A DNA stretch of 15,825 nt from a virus (Duplodnaviria; Heunggongvirae; Uroviricota; Caudoviricetes): IMG/VR virus record IMGVR_UViG_2565956713_000002. The stretch is one strand, 5' to 3'. Under the pieces are notes generated by a model that worked only from the letters and a program-made list of their open reading frames with translations, had not been told where the DNA came from and did not search any database. The position numbers and the translations under genes are program-made. How positions within the stretch are numbered: position 1 is the first letter of the stretch; each line of letters opens with the position of its first letter. This document shows, piece after piece, positions 1 through 7,676 of this stretch.

Positions 1-1224
1 ATGGCTGGCACAAACAAACTGAGCGACAAAAAGCTAAAAGCATTGCTGGGTTCTGAGCGTGAAGCGCCGATCATGATTGCCGATGGTGAGGGGCTAAGCG
101 TTAAGGTCTCGAAGCAAGGTAACGTTAGCTGGGTATTTTCATACCGGTTGGGAGGAAGGGGTAGCAAACTCGAACGTTTAACGCTTGGCCGTTACCCTGA
201 TATGCCGCTAAAACTTGCGCGAGAAAAGCGGGAACAGTGTCGCCAGTGGCTGGCTGGTGGGCTTGATCCGAAAACTGAGATTGAGCTGAGCACAGAAGAA
301 ACGCTTAAGCCTGTAACGGTTAAAGACGCCCTGGAATATTGGTTGGTGAATTACGCCAGGAGAAAGCGCAGTGATGAGGCGTTGGTGAGGGCGCAGCTAC
401 GCAAGCATATTTACCCGCGCCTTGGTCGTTATCCGATCACCAGATGTGAAACCCGCCATTGGGTGGCCTGTTTTGACGAAATAAACCAGACTAAACCCAT
501 GACCGCCGGCCGCATGTTCCAGATTTCTAAACAGGCGTTACGTTTCTGCAAGGTTCGCCGTTATGCTGCCAGTGATGCTCTGGCCTTTCTCACCATTCAG
601 GATGTAGGCCAGCCATCTGGTCAACGTGATCGCGTATTGTCAGATAGCGAGCTGGCTGATGTGTGGCGCTGTACAGATAGCGATGATCAGCAGCCGTATT
701 ATTCACGTCTGCTCAAAATGCTGGTGCTTTTTGGTGCGCGAACGATGGAAGTTCGCCTTTCTCGATGGTCAGAGTGGGATTTTACATCGTGGATTTGGAC
801 TGTACCGAAAGAGCATAGCAAAACCAGAGAGAAAATCGTGAGGTCGATACCTGAAGCTATACGCCCGTGGCTGGAAGAGTTAAAGCGCGAGACAGGGAAA
901 ACAGGTTTGTTACTGGGCGAAGATCGTACCCGTCAGGCTGTATCATTGAAAGGGCGCAGGCTTTTTAAAGATTTTCACCATAACGAGCCGTGGACACTTC
1001 ACGATCTGCGTCGGACGTTTTCTACGGGGCTAAACAATATGGGTATAGCACCGCATATAGTCGAGCTGCTGTTGGGCCATGCCTTGCCGGGAGTTATGGC
1101 GATTTATAACCGTAGTCTTTACTTACCGGAGAAGCTGGACGCGCTGAACAAGTGGTATGACCGCTTAGAACTTCTCGCGGGTAATCACTCTAATATCGTT
1201 ATTTTAAAGGCTGGTGAAAAATGA
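1..1224 (+). CDS. int: Tyrosine recombinase, P4-type integrase with N-terminal arm-binding domain
   Basis: C-terminal catalytic motif HDLRRTFSTGLNNMGIAPHIVELLLGHALPGVMAIYNRSLY (R..H..Y pattern); N-terminal LSDKKLKAL...ADGEGLSVKV...WVFSYR matches the arm-binding domain of P4-like integrases. The ATG sits at base 1, so the true start could be at or upstream of the window edge. Confidence 0.9.
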   Translation: MAGTNKLSDKKLKALLGSEREAPIMIADGEGLSVKVSKQGNVSWVFSYRLGGRGSKLERLTLGRYPDMPLKLAREKREQCRQWLAGGLDPKTEIELSTEETLKPVTVKDALEYWLVNYARRKRSDEALVRAQLRKHIYPRLGRYPITRCETRHWVACFDEINQTKPMTAGRMFQISKQALRFCKVRRYAASDALAFLTIQDVGQPSGQRDRVLSDSELADVWRCTDSDDQQPYYSRLLKMLVLFGARTMEVRLSRWSEWDFTSWIWTVPKEHSKTREKIVRSIPEAIRPWLEELKRETGKTGLLLGEDRTRQAVSLKGRRLFKDFHHNEPWTLHDLRRTFSTGLNNMGIAPHIVELLLGHALPGVMAIYNRSLYLPEKLDALNKWYDRLELLAGNHSNIVILKAGEK

Positions 1225-2024
1225 GAATTAGCCACAAAAAAGATTTGCCAACATGGTTTGATTTAGATAACTACACTCAATTTATTGGCATGTCAGATAA
1301 AGACTTATTTTATCAGTTGGTTGTTAGATATGACATGCTTGAAAACTTCTATCGATATGGCGGGTCTTTTTATAATGAACCTCTTACAAATAACGATGAA
1401 GTAGGAAGGATACTTGGAAATGGCGCGGTCGCTAATGCGATTGATAGAGCTACGTACTTCTATGATGCGTTTAAACTTCCTATTAAAAGAGAAGGTGTTT
1501 TGTCTGGTGGGGTTGCGTTACGACCAATGTCCATTGAAGACTTTATTTATATGAAAGATGCTGTAGATAATTATATGGAAAATAATTTTACGGGAACGGC
1601 TGAAAATTTAGTTTACCATTCATTTACAAGTGTTAGCTCATTTTTGGAACCAAATGACCTTTTTATTAAAGTTGATTTGTCACGCCCGGATGATTTATTG
1701 ATTGATGTGTTTAAAAAAAACCTCAAGAATTGGCGTGAGGAATTAAAAATAAAAGAAAAGGAAAAAACATACCAGTCATGGGAAACAATTAAAAAAAAGG
1801 TATACGATTATTCACTTTTCCCCGTAGTTGATTTGATGATCTGGGCTAAATCTCGCGGGGCATGCGTCACCAATGGCGTGCTTGCTGTGGCTGTGTTTCC
1901 GAACGGAGAGTATGACTCAACGCAGATAGCGCAAACCGTAAAGCCAAATATAGAAAAAATCTTCTCAATTTCTTCTATAGAAAAAATCAGGTCAGAACTT
2001 CAGGATAGAAAAATTCTTCCTTAA
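1221..2024 (+). CDS. Hypothetical protein, AT-rich cargo gene (267 aa), no recognisable motif
   Basis: Uninterrupted 267-codon ORF whose start overlaps the int stop (ATGA). Visibly AT-rich and Lys/Asn/Ile/Tyr-rich compared with flanking genes; contains two A8 tracts. Function not recognised. Confidence 0.6.
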   Translation: MRISHKKDLPTWFDLDNYTQFIGMSDKDLFYQLVVRYDMLENFYRYGGSFYNEPLTNNDEVGRILGNGAVANAIDRATYFYDAFKLPIKREGVLSGGVALRPMSIEDFIYMKDAVDNYMENNFTGTAENLVYHSFTSVSSFLEPNDLFIKVDLSRPDDLLIDVFKKNLKNWREELKIKEKEKTYQSWETIKKKVYDYSLFPVVDLMIWAKSRGACVTNGVLAVAVFPNGEYDSTQIAQTVKPNIEKIFSISSIEKIRSELQDRKILP

Positions 2025-2119
2025 TCTTGGTGGTCAAAACAATTTAATTTTCGTCTAGTGTGACATCCAATCACAAGGATAACAATAGCCCCCACAAACT
2101 TAGAAACAGTGGAGGCAAC

Positions 2120-2404
2120 ATGCAAATTATCACCTTTACCCCGCCAAATCCTGAACAACGCCGCACCATTCTGGAGGAGTACGGCTTCAAGTTCGATCGC
2201 CGAATCCGCGAAGATGAATGCAGCGAGATCACCAGTCTTTCTCGTTCGAGCCGCTGGAAGATGGAACAGCAGGGGCGCTTCCCGCCGCGCTGTCACTTTG
2301 GCCGCAACAGCTGTGCCTGGCTTCTTTCGGATGTGCTCTGGTGGGTTCGTAATCCGCCTGCCGTGGAAAACGTCAATAACCCGTACAGCCGCAAATCTGC
2401 TTAA
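2120..2404 (+). CDS. alpA: AlpA-family phage transcriptional regulator (excisionase-like HTH)
   Basis: Motif ITSLSRSSRWKMEQQGRFPPRCHFGRNSCAWLLSDVLWWV matches the AlpA pattern (LSRSTiyr...G.FP.P...G.r...W...ev..W). GGAGG lies 5 nt upstream of the ATG at 2120. The ORF-track start at 2060 was trimmed to this RBS-supported ATG. Confidence 0.8.
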   Translation: MQIITFTPPNPEQRRTILEEYGFKFDRRIREDECSEITSLSRSSRWKMEQQGRFPPRCHFGRNSCAWLLSDVLWWVRNPPAVENVNNPYSRKSA

Positions 2405-2424
2405 TTAACCACAGGTAATCAGAG

Positions 2425-3108
2425 ATGAAAAATATTAATGCCCTTAACGGGCAGGGATTCGCTCACCCTGTTGCCAGTAAAAGCGATATTAGCGTGCAGC
2501 TTAAACAGCTTCCTGCCGTCGAATTTCACGGGCAACGCGTGGTGACGTTCGCAATGATTGATACCGCGCACCAGCGACCTAAAGACACGGCTAAAAAGAC
2601 TTTTCAGCGTAATCGCACTCGCTTCATTGATGGTGAGGACTTTTTTATTGTCGGCGCGTCAGAGGTCGAATGGGGAGGGGCTGGATATTTAGACAGGGGC
2701 ATTAAACGCCCTGGCAAAAAAATGAACAGTCCGATACGTGGCCGCGTAACACTGATTACGGAATCAGGCTATCTGCTGCTGACCAAACCGTTTAACGATG
2801 ATTTGGCCTGGCAGGTACAGCGCCAGCTCGTGAAAACTTATTTCCGTTGCCCGGAGTTTGTCACTTTCCATCATGTGGATCTGCCGTCGCTCGAAGAACT
2901 GATCGCCATGCCGGTTACTGATGCGCAAAACGCCGTGACTCGTGCGGACAAGCATTCTAAGCAGTTTCATGGCTCACAGGGCAGTAATGGAATGAATCTC
3001 CGCAAGAAGGAACTCAAAGTTCTGCGTCCGGCGGTACGGCTGGTAGATGCGATGGGGCAGATTGATTTCGATAAATATGAGTGGGAGGCGGCACATGATC
3101 GCGCATAA
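2425..3108 (+). CDS. ORF6N/KilA-N-like domain phage regulatory protein
   Basis: N-terminal segment VEFHGQRVVTFAMIDTAHQRPKDTAKKTFQRNRTRFIDGEDFFIV resembles the ORF6N DNA-binding domain consensus. C-terminal half unrecognised. Confidence 0.5.
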   Translation: MKNINALNGQGFAHPVASKSDISVQLKQLPAVEFHGQRVVTFAMIDTAHQRPKDTAKKTFQRNRTRFIDGEDFFIVGASEVEWGGAGYLDRGIKRPGKKMNSPIRGRVTLITESGYLLLTKPFNDDLAWQVQRQLVKTYFRCPEFVTFHHVDLPSLEELIAMPVTDAQNAVTRADKHSKQFHGSQGSNGMNLRKKELKVLRPAVRLVDAMGQIDFDKYEWEAAHDRA

Positions 3109-3112
3109 AACA

Positions 3113-3132
3113 AAGGCGACCGGGGGCGGTCG
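3113..3132. terminator. GC-rich hairpin GGCGACCG-GGGG-CGGTCGCC between convergent genes; T-rich tract on the minus-strand side
   Basis: Inverted repeat read directly. On the minus strand it is followed by TTTGTTTTAT, so it could terminate the RHH transcript; it is weak as a + strand terminator. Confidence 0.35.
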
Positions 3133-3225
3133 CCAATGGGAAAACACTAAACATAAGCCCGAACATCATAGTGATTTGCTGGCTGGTGGGCAATGTGATC
3201 AGTGTGCTGGCTTGCTGGTGGGCTA

Positions 3226-3417
3226 TCAACCTTTTGGTTCTATACCGCGCCGCTTTAGTTCTGCCCTGGCTAATTCTTTAAACCAGTTACCAAGGGTTAG
3301 ACCGTCAGAAGTTGCCGCCTCATTTACTTGTTGGCGTAGCTCTTTACTGATTCTGATTTGGAAGGTTGGAGACCATCCCTCACCGCGTGGCGATTTATCG
3401 CGCTTTAATGTTGACAT
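3226..3417 (-). CDS. Ribbon-helix-helix (Arc/CopG-like) DNA-binding protein, putative repressor
   Basis: FQIRISKELRQQVNEAATSDGLTLGNWFKELARAELKRRG fits the beta-strand then two helices RHH pattern. Its start codon overlaps the -35 of the divergent promoter. Confidence 0.6.
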   Translation of the reverse strand: MSTLKRDKSPRGEGWSPTFQIRISKELRQQVNEAATSDGLTLGNWFKELARAELKRRGIEPKG

Positions 3418-3458
3418 GTACGTACGTAACTCCTATTATCATTGCTGTTACGTACGTA
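3411..3458 (+). promoter_or_regulatory. Consensus sigma70 promoter TTGACA-17-TATTAT with two identical palindromic operators TACGTACGTA (3419..3428 and 3449..3458)
   Basis: TTGACA at 3411..3416, 17-nt spacer, TATTAT at 3434..3439. Two perfect 10-bp palindromes sit 30 bp centre to centre, one in the spacer and one just downstream of the -10. Confidence 0.6.
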
Positions 3459-3556
3459 CAATATCAGTAGGTACAGTAAAAAGCAAAGCCCCGCAAGTGT
3501 CGTTACCACTCGCAGGGCTTCTAACCACCAACGATAACGAGAGTATCGAGGTAGCT

Positions 3557-3760
3557 ATGTTAAATCATACCACACACCCGCAAGGGCGGGACTCGCACAA
3601 CCTGAATAAATATATCTGGCGTTTTATCGCCCTGAGCACGGCACAACCGCGCGTGATTCACATCGTGGCCACCAGCGAACAGGAAGCACGCCAGCAATCC
3701 CCGGCTGGCTGCGTGATGGTATTCGCCGCCCGTATTCGTCAGGGGGTGTTCCATGCCTGA
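3557..3760 (+). CDS. Icd-like small protein (host cell division inhibitor family of P4-like elements)
   Basis: 67-aa ORF downstream of the operator-controlled promoter. Sequence YIWRFIALSTAQPR...VMVFAARI resembles Icd-like proteins as recalled from memory, not searched. Confidence 0.45.
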   Translation: MLNHTTHPQGRDSHNLNKYIWRFIALSTAQPRVIHIVATSEQEARQQSPAGCVMVFAARIRQGVFHA

Positions 3761-4073
3761 CATGACCAATTACCAGTACCTGATTAATCCGCATTTTAAC
3801 TGTGAGCATGATATTGCTAAAAAGGTTTATTCCGCTGCGGATGGGGCTACTGACAATATATCAATGGGTATTGCGTCAATTGGTAGCCTGATGTGGCATG
3901 CGTCAGAAAATGAGGACTATGACGAAAAGGCTATGCGCATTGATATGGGTAATATCGGTTTGTTACTGGCAATGCTTGGGCAGTTTGATATTTCGTTACG
4001 GTGCACCATTGAAAATGCCACAGATGCATTAAATGCCATAAAGAAAGCGAATACTGATTCAAATCGGGGATAA
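3753..4073 (+). CDS. Hypothetical protein (106 aa)
   Basis: ORF with AGGGGG 6 nt upstream of the ATG; start overlaps the Icd-like stop. No recognisable motif. Confidence 0.5.
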   Translation: MPDMTNYQYLINPHFNCEHDIAKKVYSAADGATDNISMGIASIGSLMWHASENEDYDEKAMRIDMGNIGLLLAMLGQFDISLRCTIENATDALNAIKKANTDSNRG

Positions 4074-4079
4074 ATAATC

Positions 4080-4379
4080 ATGAGAACATATTTATCTGGC
4101 TTGACTGCCAGCGGTTATGCACACCCCAAAATTATCCCCGGCGCTATTTATCTGGATAAGAACGGTAACAGAGTAACGGTAAAAGAACTGATGTTTGACC
4201 GTGTTTATTTTATTCGTGATGGCTATTCATTTCATAGTTCGCTGAACGTGGAGATCTTTATTTGCAGATTCCGGCGGGAAATCCCGCTTTCCAGAAATAA
4301 CCATGTGTCATGTATGGATGTTGATAAAAAACTACAGGAACTGAAAAACATGATTGCCGCGTGGAGAGAGCAGAAATGA
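4080..4379 (+). CDS. Hypothetical protein (99 aa)
   Basis: ORF in operon context immediately upstream of the replication gene. No recognisable motif. Confidence 0.5.
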   Translation: MRTYLSGLTASGYAHPKIIPGAIYLDKNGNRVTVKELMFDRVYFIRDGYSFHSSLNVEIFICRFRREIPLSRNNHVSCMDVDKKLQELKNMIAAWREQK

Positions 4380-6499
4380 AAAAAGCGCCAAATTTAAAAC
4401 ACCAGCCGCGTGACAAAATGACGGAAGTCATCATTTTTGCGGGTAGTGATGCGTGGGCACATGCGAAGCAGTGGCAGGAACAGGACGGGCGACTGGCTGG
4501 CGATAACGTGCCTCCTGTGTGGCTTGGTGAGCAGCAGTTATCCGAACTGGATAAGCTGCAAATCGTACCGGACGGACGCTATCGCGTGCGTCTCTATCAG
4601 GCGGGGTTATTGCGTCCGGGGCTTGTTAATACCATCGGGCAGAAACTGGCAGCGGCAGGTGTCAGGGATGCTGATTATTATCCTGAAGGAATGCACAGCC
4701 AGAAACGGGAGAACTGGCGCGAATATCTGGAACGTGAACGGGCAGAGCAGGCGGAAAAGAAAAAGGTAGTTGAACTGCCTGTAAAGAAAAAAGAGCCATG
4801 CTATCAGGATGATGAATTAAAGCCCAGCGTTGAAAGTCGCGTCGATGGTGTTTTCTGGGTAACGCCCAAAGTGGATAAGCAGTCAGGCGAAATTATCCGG
4901 CCTGAGACGTGGTTATGTTCTCCGCTTGAACTACTGGGAACGGGGACGATCGGTAAAGAGCATTACCGCGTGATGCGCTGGAAAAAATTAGCAAACCATG
5001 AAGTCATCACAATGGCGATCCCGTGTGGTGGCATTGGCGACCGTGACGGCTGGCGGTTGCTTAAAGATCACGGGCTGAATGTGACAACAAACGGCAAATA
5101 CAGGGCTATCCTGGCTGACTGGATGCAGTTAAGCGGAAGCCATGAGGAATGGCAGTTAAGCACAACAACGGGCTGGCATTTTGGCGCGTACATCATGCCG
5201 GACGGTTCAATCATTGGTGATTCTGAAAAACCGATCCTGTTTACCGGAAAAAGTGCCGCTGTTAATGGCTATTCGGTTGCGGGTACGGCGGAGGGCTGGC
5301 GCGACAGCGTGGCGCGGCTGGCTGGTGGCAATCCGTCCATGATGCTGGGTGTTGCCACGTCACTGGCAGCACCTTTGATTGGCCTTGTTGGTGCTGACGG
5401 CTTCGGGGTACATCTTTTCGAACAGTCATCAGCAGGGAAAACCACCACGCAGAACATCGCATCAAGTTTATGGGGAGAGCCGGACGCACAACGGCTTACC
5501 TGGTACGGAACGGCGTTAGGTATCGCCAACGAGGCAGAGGCGCACAACGACGGGCTGTTACCCCTGGATGAAATAGGCCAGGCCGGAAACGCGCGGGAGG
5601 TGTCCACGTCAGCCTATACGTTGTTTAACGGCTCCGGGAAATTACAGGGGGCGAAGGACGGCGGCAACCGGGAGATAAAACACTGGCGCACGGTGGCAAT
5701 CAGCACCGGAGAAATGGACGTTGAGACATTCCTCAAAACGGAGGGGATAAAAGTCAAAGCGGGGCAGCTTGTCCGCCTGCTTAACGTTCCGATGGAGAAA
5801 GCCACGCAATTTCACGAATACAGCACCGGAAAGGCGCACGCAGACGCGTTAAAGGATGCCTGGACTGCAAATCACGGGGCGGCGGGTCGTGAGTGGGTTA
5901 AATGGCTGGCAGACCACCAGCAGGAGGCAAAGGACACGGTAAGGGAATGCCGCGAACGGTGGCACAACCTGATACCGGAGAGCTACGGCGAGCAGGTCCA
6001 CCGCGTGGGGGAGCGTTTCGCCATACTGGAGGCCGCACTAGTGCTTTCCGGTCATATTACTGGCTGGGATGTTCAGGCGTGCCGTGATGCCATTCAGCAT
6101 AACTTTAATGCCTGGGTGAAGGAGTTCGGCACGGGTAACAGGGAATTTAAACAGATGGTTGAACAGGCTGAGGCGTTTTTGTCGTCGTTCGGGTTCAGTC
6201 GATACCTTCCTTACCCAAACAGTGATGAGCGTGATTTACCAATTAAAGATCTTGCCGGATACAGAAAGGGGAGTATCAGAAATGAAGATGATGAGTTCCG
6301 CTTTTACACGTTTCCTCATGTGTTTGAGGGTGAGATAGCACAGGGATTTAATCCGTCTCACTTTGCCCGCGCGTTGAGTGCTGCCGGAATGCTGGAAGCG
6401 GGTAACGATCGCCGTTACAAGAAAAAGGCGCTCGGCAAAATTGGGGGGAAGCAGCATGTTTTTTACGTGCTGATGTTCCAGCCTGAAGCAGAAGATTAA
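4376..6499 (+). CDS. Replication initiator, primase/helicase-like protein (TOPRIM-like N-terminus, DUF927-type ATPase with Walker A)
   Basis: Walker A-like SSAGKTT. N-terminal EVIIFAGSDAWAH resembles a TOPRIM start. Size (~707 aa) and position upstream of the iteron origin fit a satellite pri-rep gene. Start chosen at the ATG at 4376, preceded by GAGAGAG; 4361 and 4418 are alternatives. Confidence 0.75.
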   Translation: MKKAPNLKHQPRDKMTEVIIFAGSDAWAHAKQWQEQDGRLAGDNVPPVWLGEQQLSELDKLQIVPDGRYRVRLYQAGLLRPGLVNTIGQKLAAAGVRDADYYPEGMHSQKRENWREYLERERAEQAEKKKVVELPVKKKEPCYQDDELKPSVESRVDGVFWVTPKVDKQSGEIIRPETWLCSPLELLGTGTIGKEHYRVMRWKKLANHEVITMAIPCGGIGDRDGWRLLKDHGLNVTTNGKYRAILADWMQLSGSHEEWQLSTTTGWHFGAYIMPDGSIIGDSEKPILFTGKSAAVNGYSVAGTAEGWRDSVARLAGGNPSMMLGVATSLAAPLIGLVGADGFGVHLFEQSSAGKTTTQNIASSLWGEPDAQRLTWYGTALGIANEAEAHNDGLLPLDEIGQAGNAREVSTSAYTLFNGSGKLQGAKDGGNREIKHWRTVAISTGEMDVETFLKTEGIKVKAGQLVRLLNVPMEKATQFHEYSTGKAHADALKDAWTANHGAAGREWVKWLADHQQEAKDTVRECRERWHNLIPESYGEQVHRVGERFAILEAALVLSGHITGWDVQACRDAIQHNFNAWVKEFGTGNREFKQMVEQAEAFLSSFGFSRYLPYPNSDERDLPIKDLAGYRKGSIRNEDDEFRFYTFPHVFEGEIAQGFNPSHFARALSAAGMLEAGNDRRYKKKALGKIGGKQHVFYVLMFQPEAED

Positions 6500-6522
6500 C
6501 TCCCCTGTGTGAGGTGAAAAGT

Positions 6523-6647
6523 TGCGGGTTATGCGGGTTATCCTGTGTGTAAGTGCATTAACTGTATGAATAAAAAGGAAATCAATAACCCGCACGTAAC
6601 CCGCAAAACGGCAGTTATAACCCGCAAAAGTGCGATTATAACCCGCA
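6523..6647. repeat. Iteron-type replication origin: 2 direct TGCGGGTTA copies, an AT-rich spacer, then 4 inverted TAACCCGCA copies
   Basis: Direct copies at 6523 and 6532; inverted copies at 6586, 6597, 6618 and 6639 (spacings 11, 21, 21 bp). AT-rich 45-bp spacer between the two groups. Lies immediately downstream of the rep gene. Confidence 0.65.
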
Positions 6648-6710
6648 GAATTTCACCGTAAGGGTGTAAACAAGCGTAACTATCAACGTTAAAACCGGAG
6701 AACAGACAGC

Positions 6711-7136
6711 ATGACAGCACAGATAGCTGCTTACGGGCGGTTGGTGGCTGACCCGCAGTTAAAGACCACCAGCAAAGGGACACAAATGGCGATGGCGAGT
6801 ATGGCGATTCCTCTTCCGTGCAGCCAGGCAGATGACGGAACAGCGACGATGTGGTTATCAATTCTGGCGTTTGGCAGACAGGCCGATGCACTGGCAAAAC
6901 ACCACAAAGGCGAGCTGGTGAGCGTGGCGGGTAACATGCAGGTAAGCCAGTGGACAGGCCAGAACGGGGAAACGCGGCAGGGCTGGCAGGTTATCGCAGA
7001 CAGCGTAATCAGTGCGCGAACGGCGCGACCTGGTGGCAAAAAAGGCCAGCAGGGGCAGGCCACTGACGCACTGAACAGGGCAAAACAACAGACAGGCCAG
7101 CACGATGACCCGTACGGGGATGAAATACCGTTTTAG
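6711..7136 (+). CDS. ssb: Single-stranded DNA-binding protein
   Basis: OB-fold-like N-terminal region, Gly/Gln-rich linker and the acidic C-terminal tail DDPYGDEIPF, matching the SSB D-D-D-I-P-F tail. Confidence 0.75.
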   Translation: MTAQIAAYGRLVADPQLKTTSKGTQMAMASMAIPLPCSQADDGTATMWLSILAFGRQADALAKHHKGELVSVAGNMQVSQWTGQNGETRQGWQVIADSVISARTARPGGKKGQQGQATDALNRAKQQTGQHDDPYGDEIPF

Positions 7137-7154
7137 CGATAACAGGGGGGATAC

Positions 7155-7403
7155 ATGCCAGTGACATTTGAAGAAGTCCAGCAACATAAAAAGTTTCATG
7201 GTTTTGATGATCTGGAAACCACGACAGCAAAAAAATATCGCCGTCTGCTTTCTTCCGATGCGTTGTTTTTTGTAGATCATCATGATTTTCTGCGTAGCTC
7301 ACTGACAGGGGAAATTTTCGCAACCAACCGTGAGCAGGTGGAAGCGATGATCGAATATCTGTGGAAAATAAGACGCAGAATGCGGGATTCCATGAAACAG
7401 TAA
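7155..7403 (+). CDS. Hypothetical protein (82 aa)
   Basis: ORF with a G-rich RBS, followed by a clear intrinsic terminator. Confidence 0.45.
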   Translation: MPVTFEEVQQHKKFHGFDDLETTTAKKYRRLLSSDALFFVDHHDFLRSSLTGEIFATNREQVEAMIEYLWKIRRRMRDSMKQ

Positions 7404-7412
7404 AGCGATAAA

Positions 7413-7440
7413 GGCCCGGATTTTTCCGGGTTTTCTTTTC
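7413..7440 (+). terminator. Rho-independent terminator (CCCGGA-TTTT-TCCGGG followed by a T-tract)
   Basis: Perfect 6-bp GC stem at 7415..7430 followed by TTTTCTTTTC; ends the replication/SSB operon. Confidence 0.6.
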
Positions 7441-7676
7441 AGGTTTTGTAAATTATTTGTTCGTGGTTGTTTCTGGCTGTTCAGTGATTCTGGCTGATAT
7501 TTACATACTGATTTTTATGTATATGTTGGCGTGTGGCACTCAGACGTGAGCCGCCACAATGCCGCCTGACCCCCTGCGCGATGCCGGGTTGATCTGCGAG
7601 ATGCCGAGAGTGTCGGGCGGCGCTCCCTCCGTGTTGGTTTCACGTCCTGAATCTTAACCAATACGAGAAAACCTTC

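Noticed and set aside
626-841. 71-aa + strand ORF nested in another frame inside int
   Set aside because: Entirely within the well-supported integrase CDS and no motif; a frame artefact.
2021-2408. Minus-strand 91-aa ORF and an alternate + frame 99-aa ORF overlapping alpA
   Set aside because: The AlpA motif and the GGAGG RBS identify the 2120..2404 frame as the real gene; the others are overlapping shadows.
3047-3556. 5' part of the long 237-aa + strand ORF running antisense through the RHH gene and the promoter
   Set aside because: It reads through a consensus promoter and operators and across the RHH gene; only its 3' end from the ATG at 3557 is retained as the Icd-like CDS.
4437-6595. 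Several ORFs of 61-119 aa on both strands inside the pri-rep gene
   Set aside because: Nested in a 700-codon gene with clear ATPase motifs; Arg/Pro/Ser-rich translations typical of off-frame reading of GC-rich coding DNA.
6523-6647. CRISPR array as an explanation for the short repeats (both iteron clusters)
   Set aside because: Repeats are only 9 bp, occur in both orientations, and have spacers of 0-21 bp; there are no cas genes. Iteron origin is the better explanation.
6731-7323. Minus-strand ORFs (110, 141 and 104 aa) overlapping ssb and the following gene
   Set aside because: Antisense to a recognisable SSB; Cys/Leu/Pro-rich compositions look non-coding.
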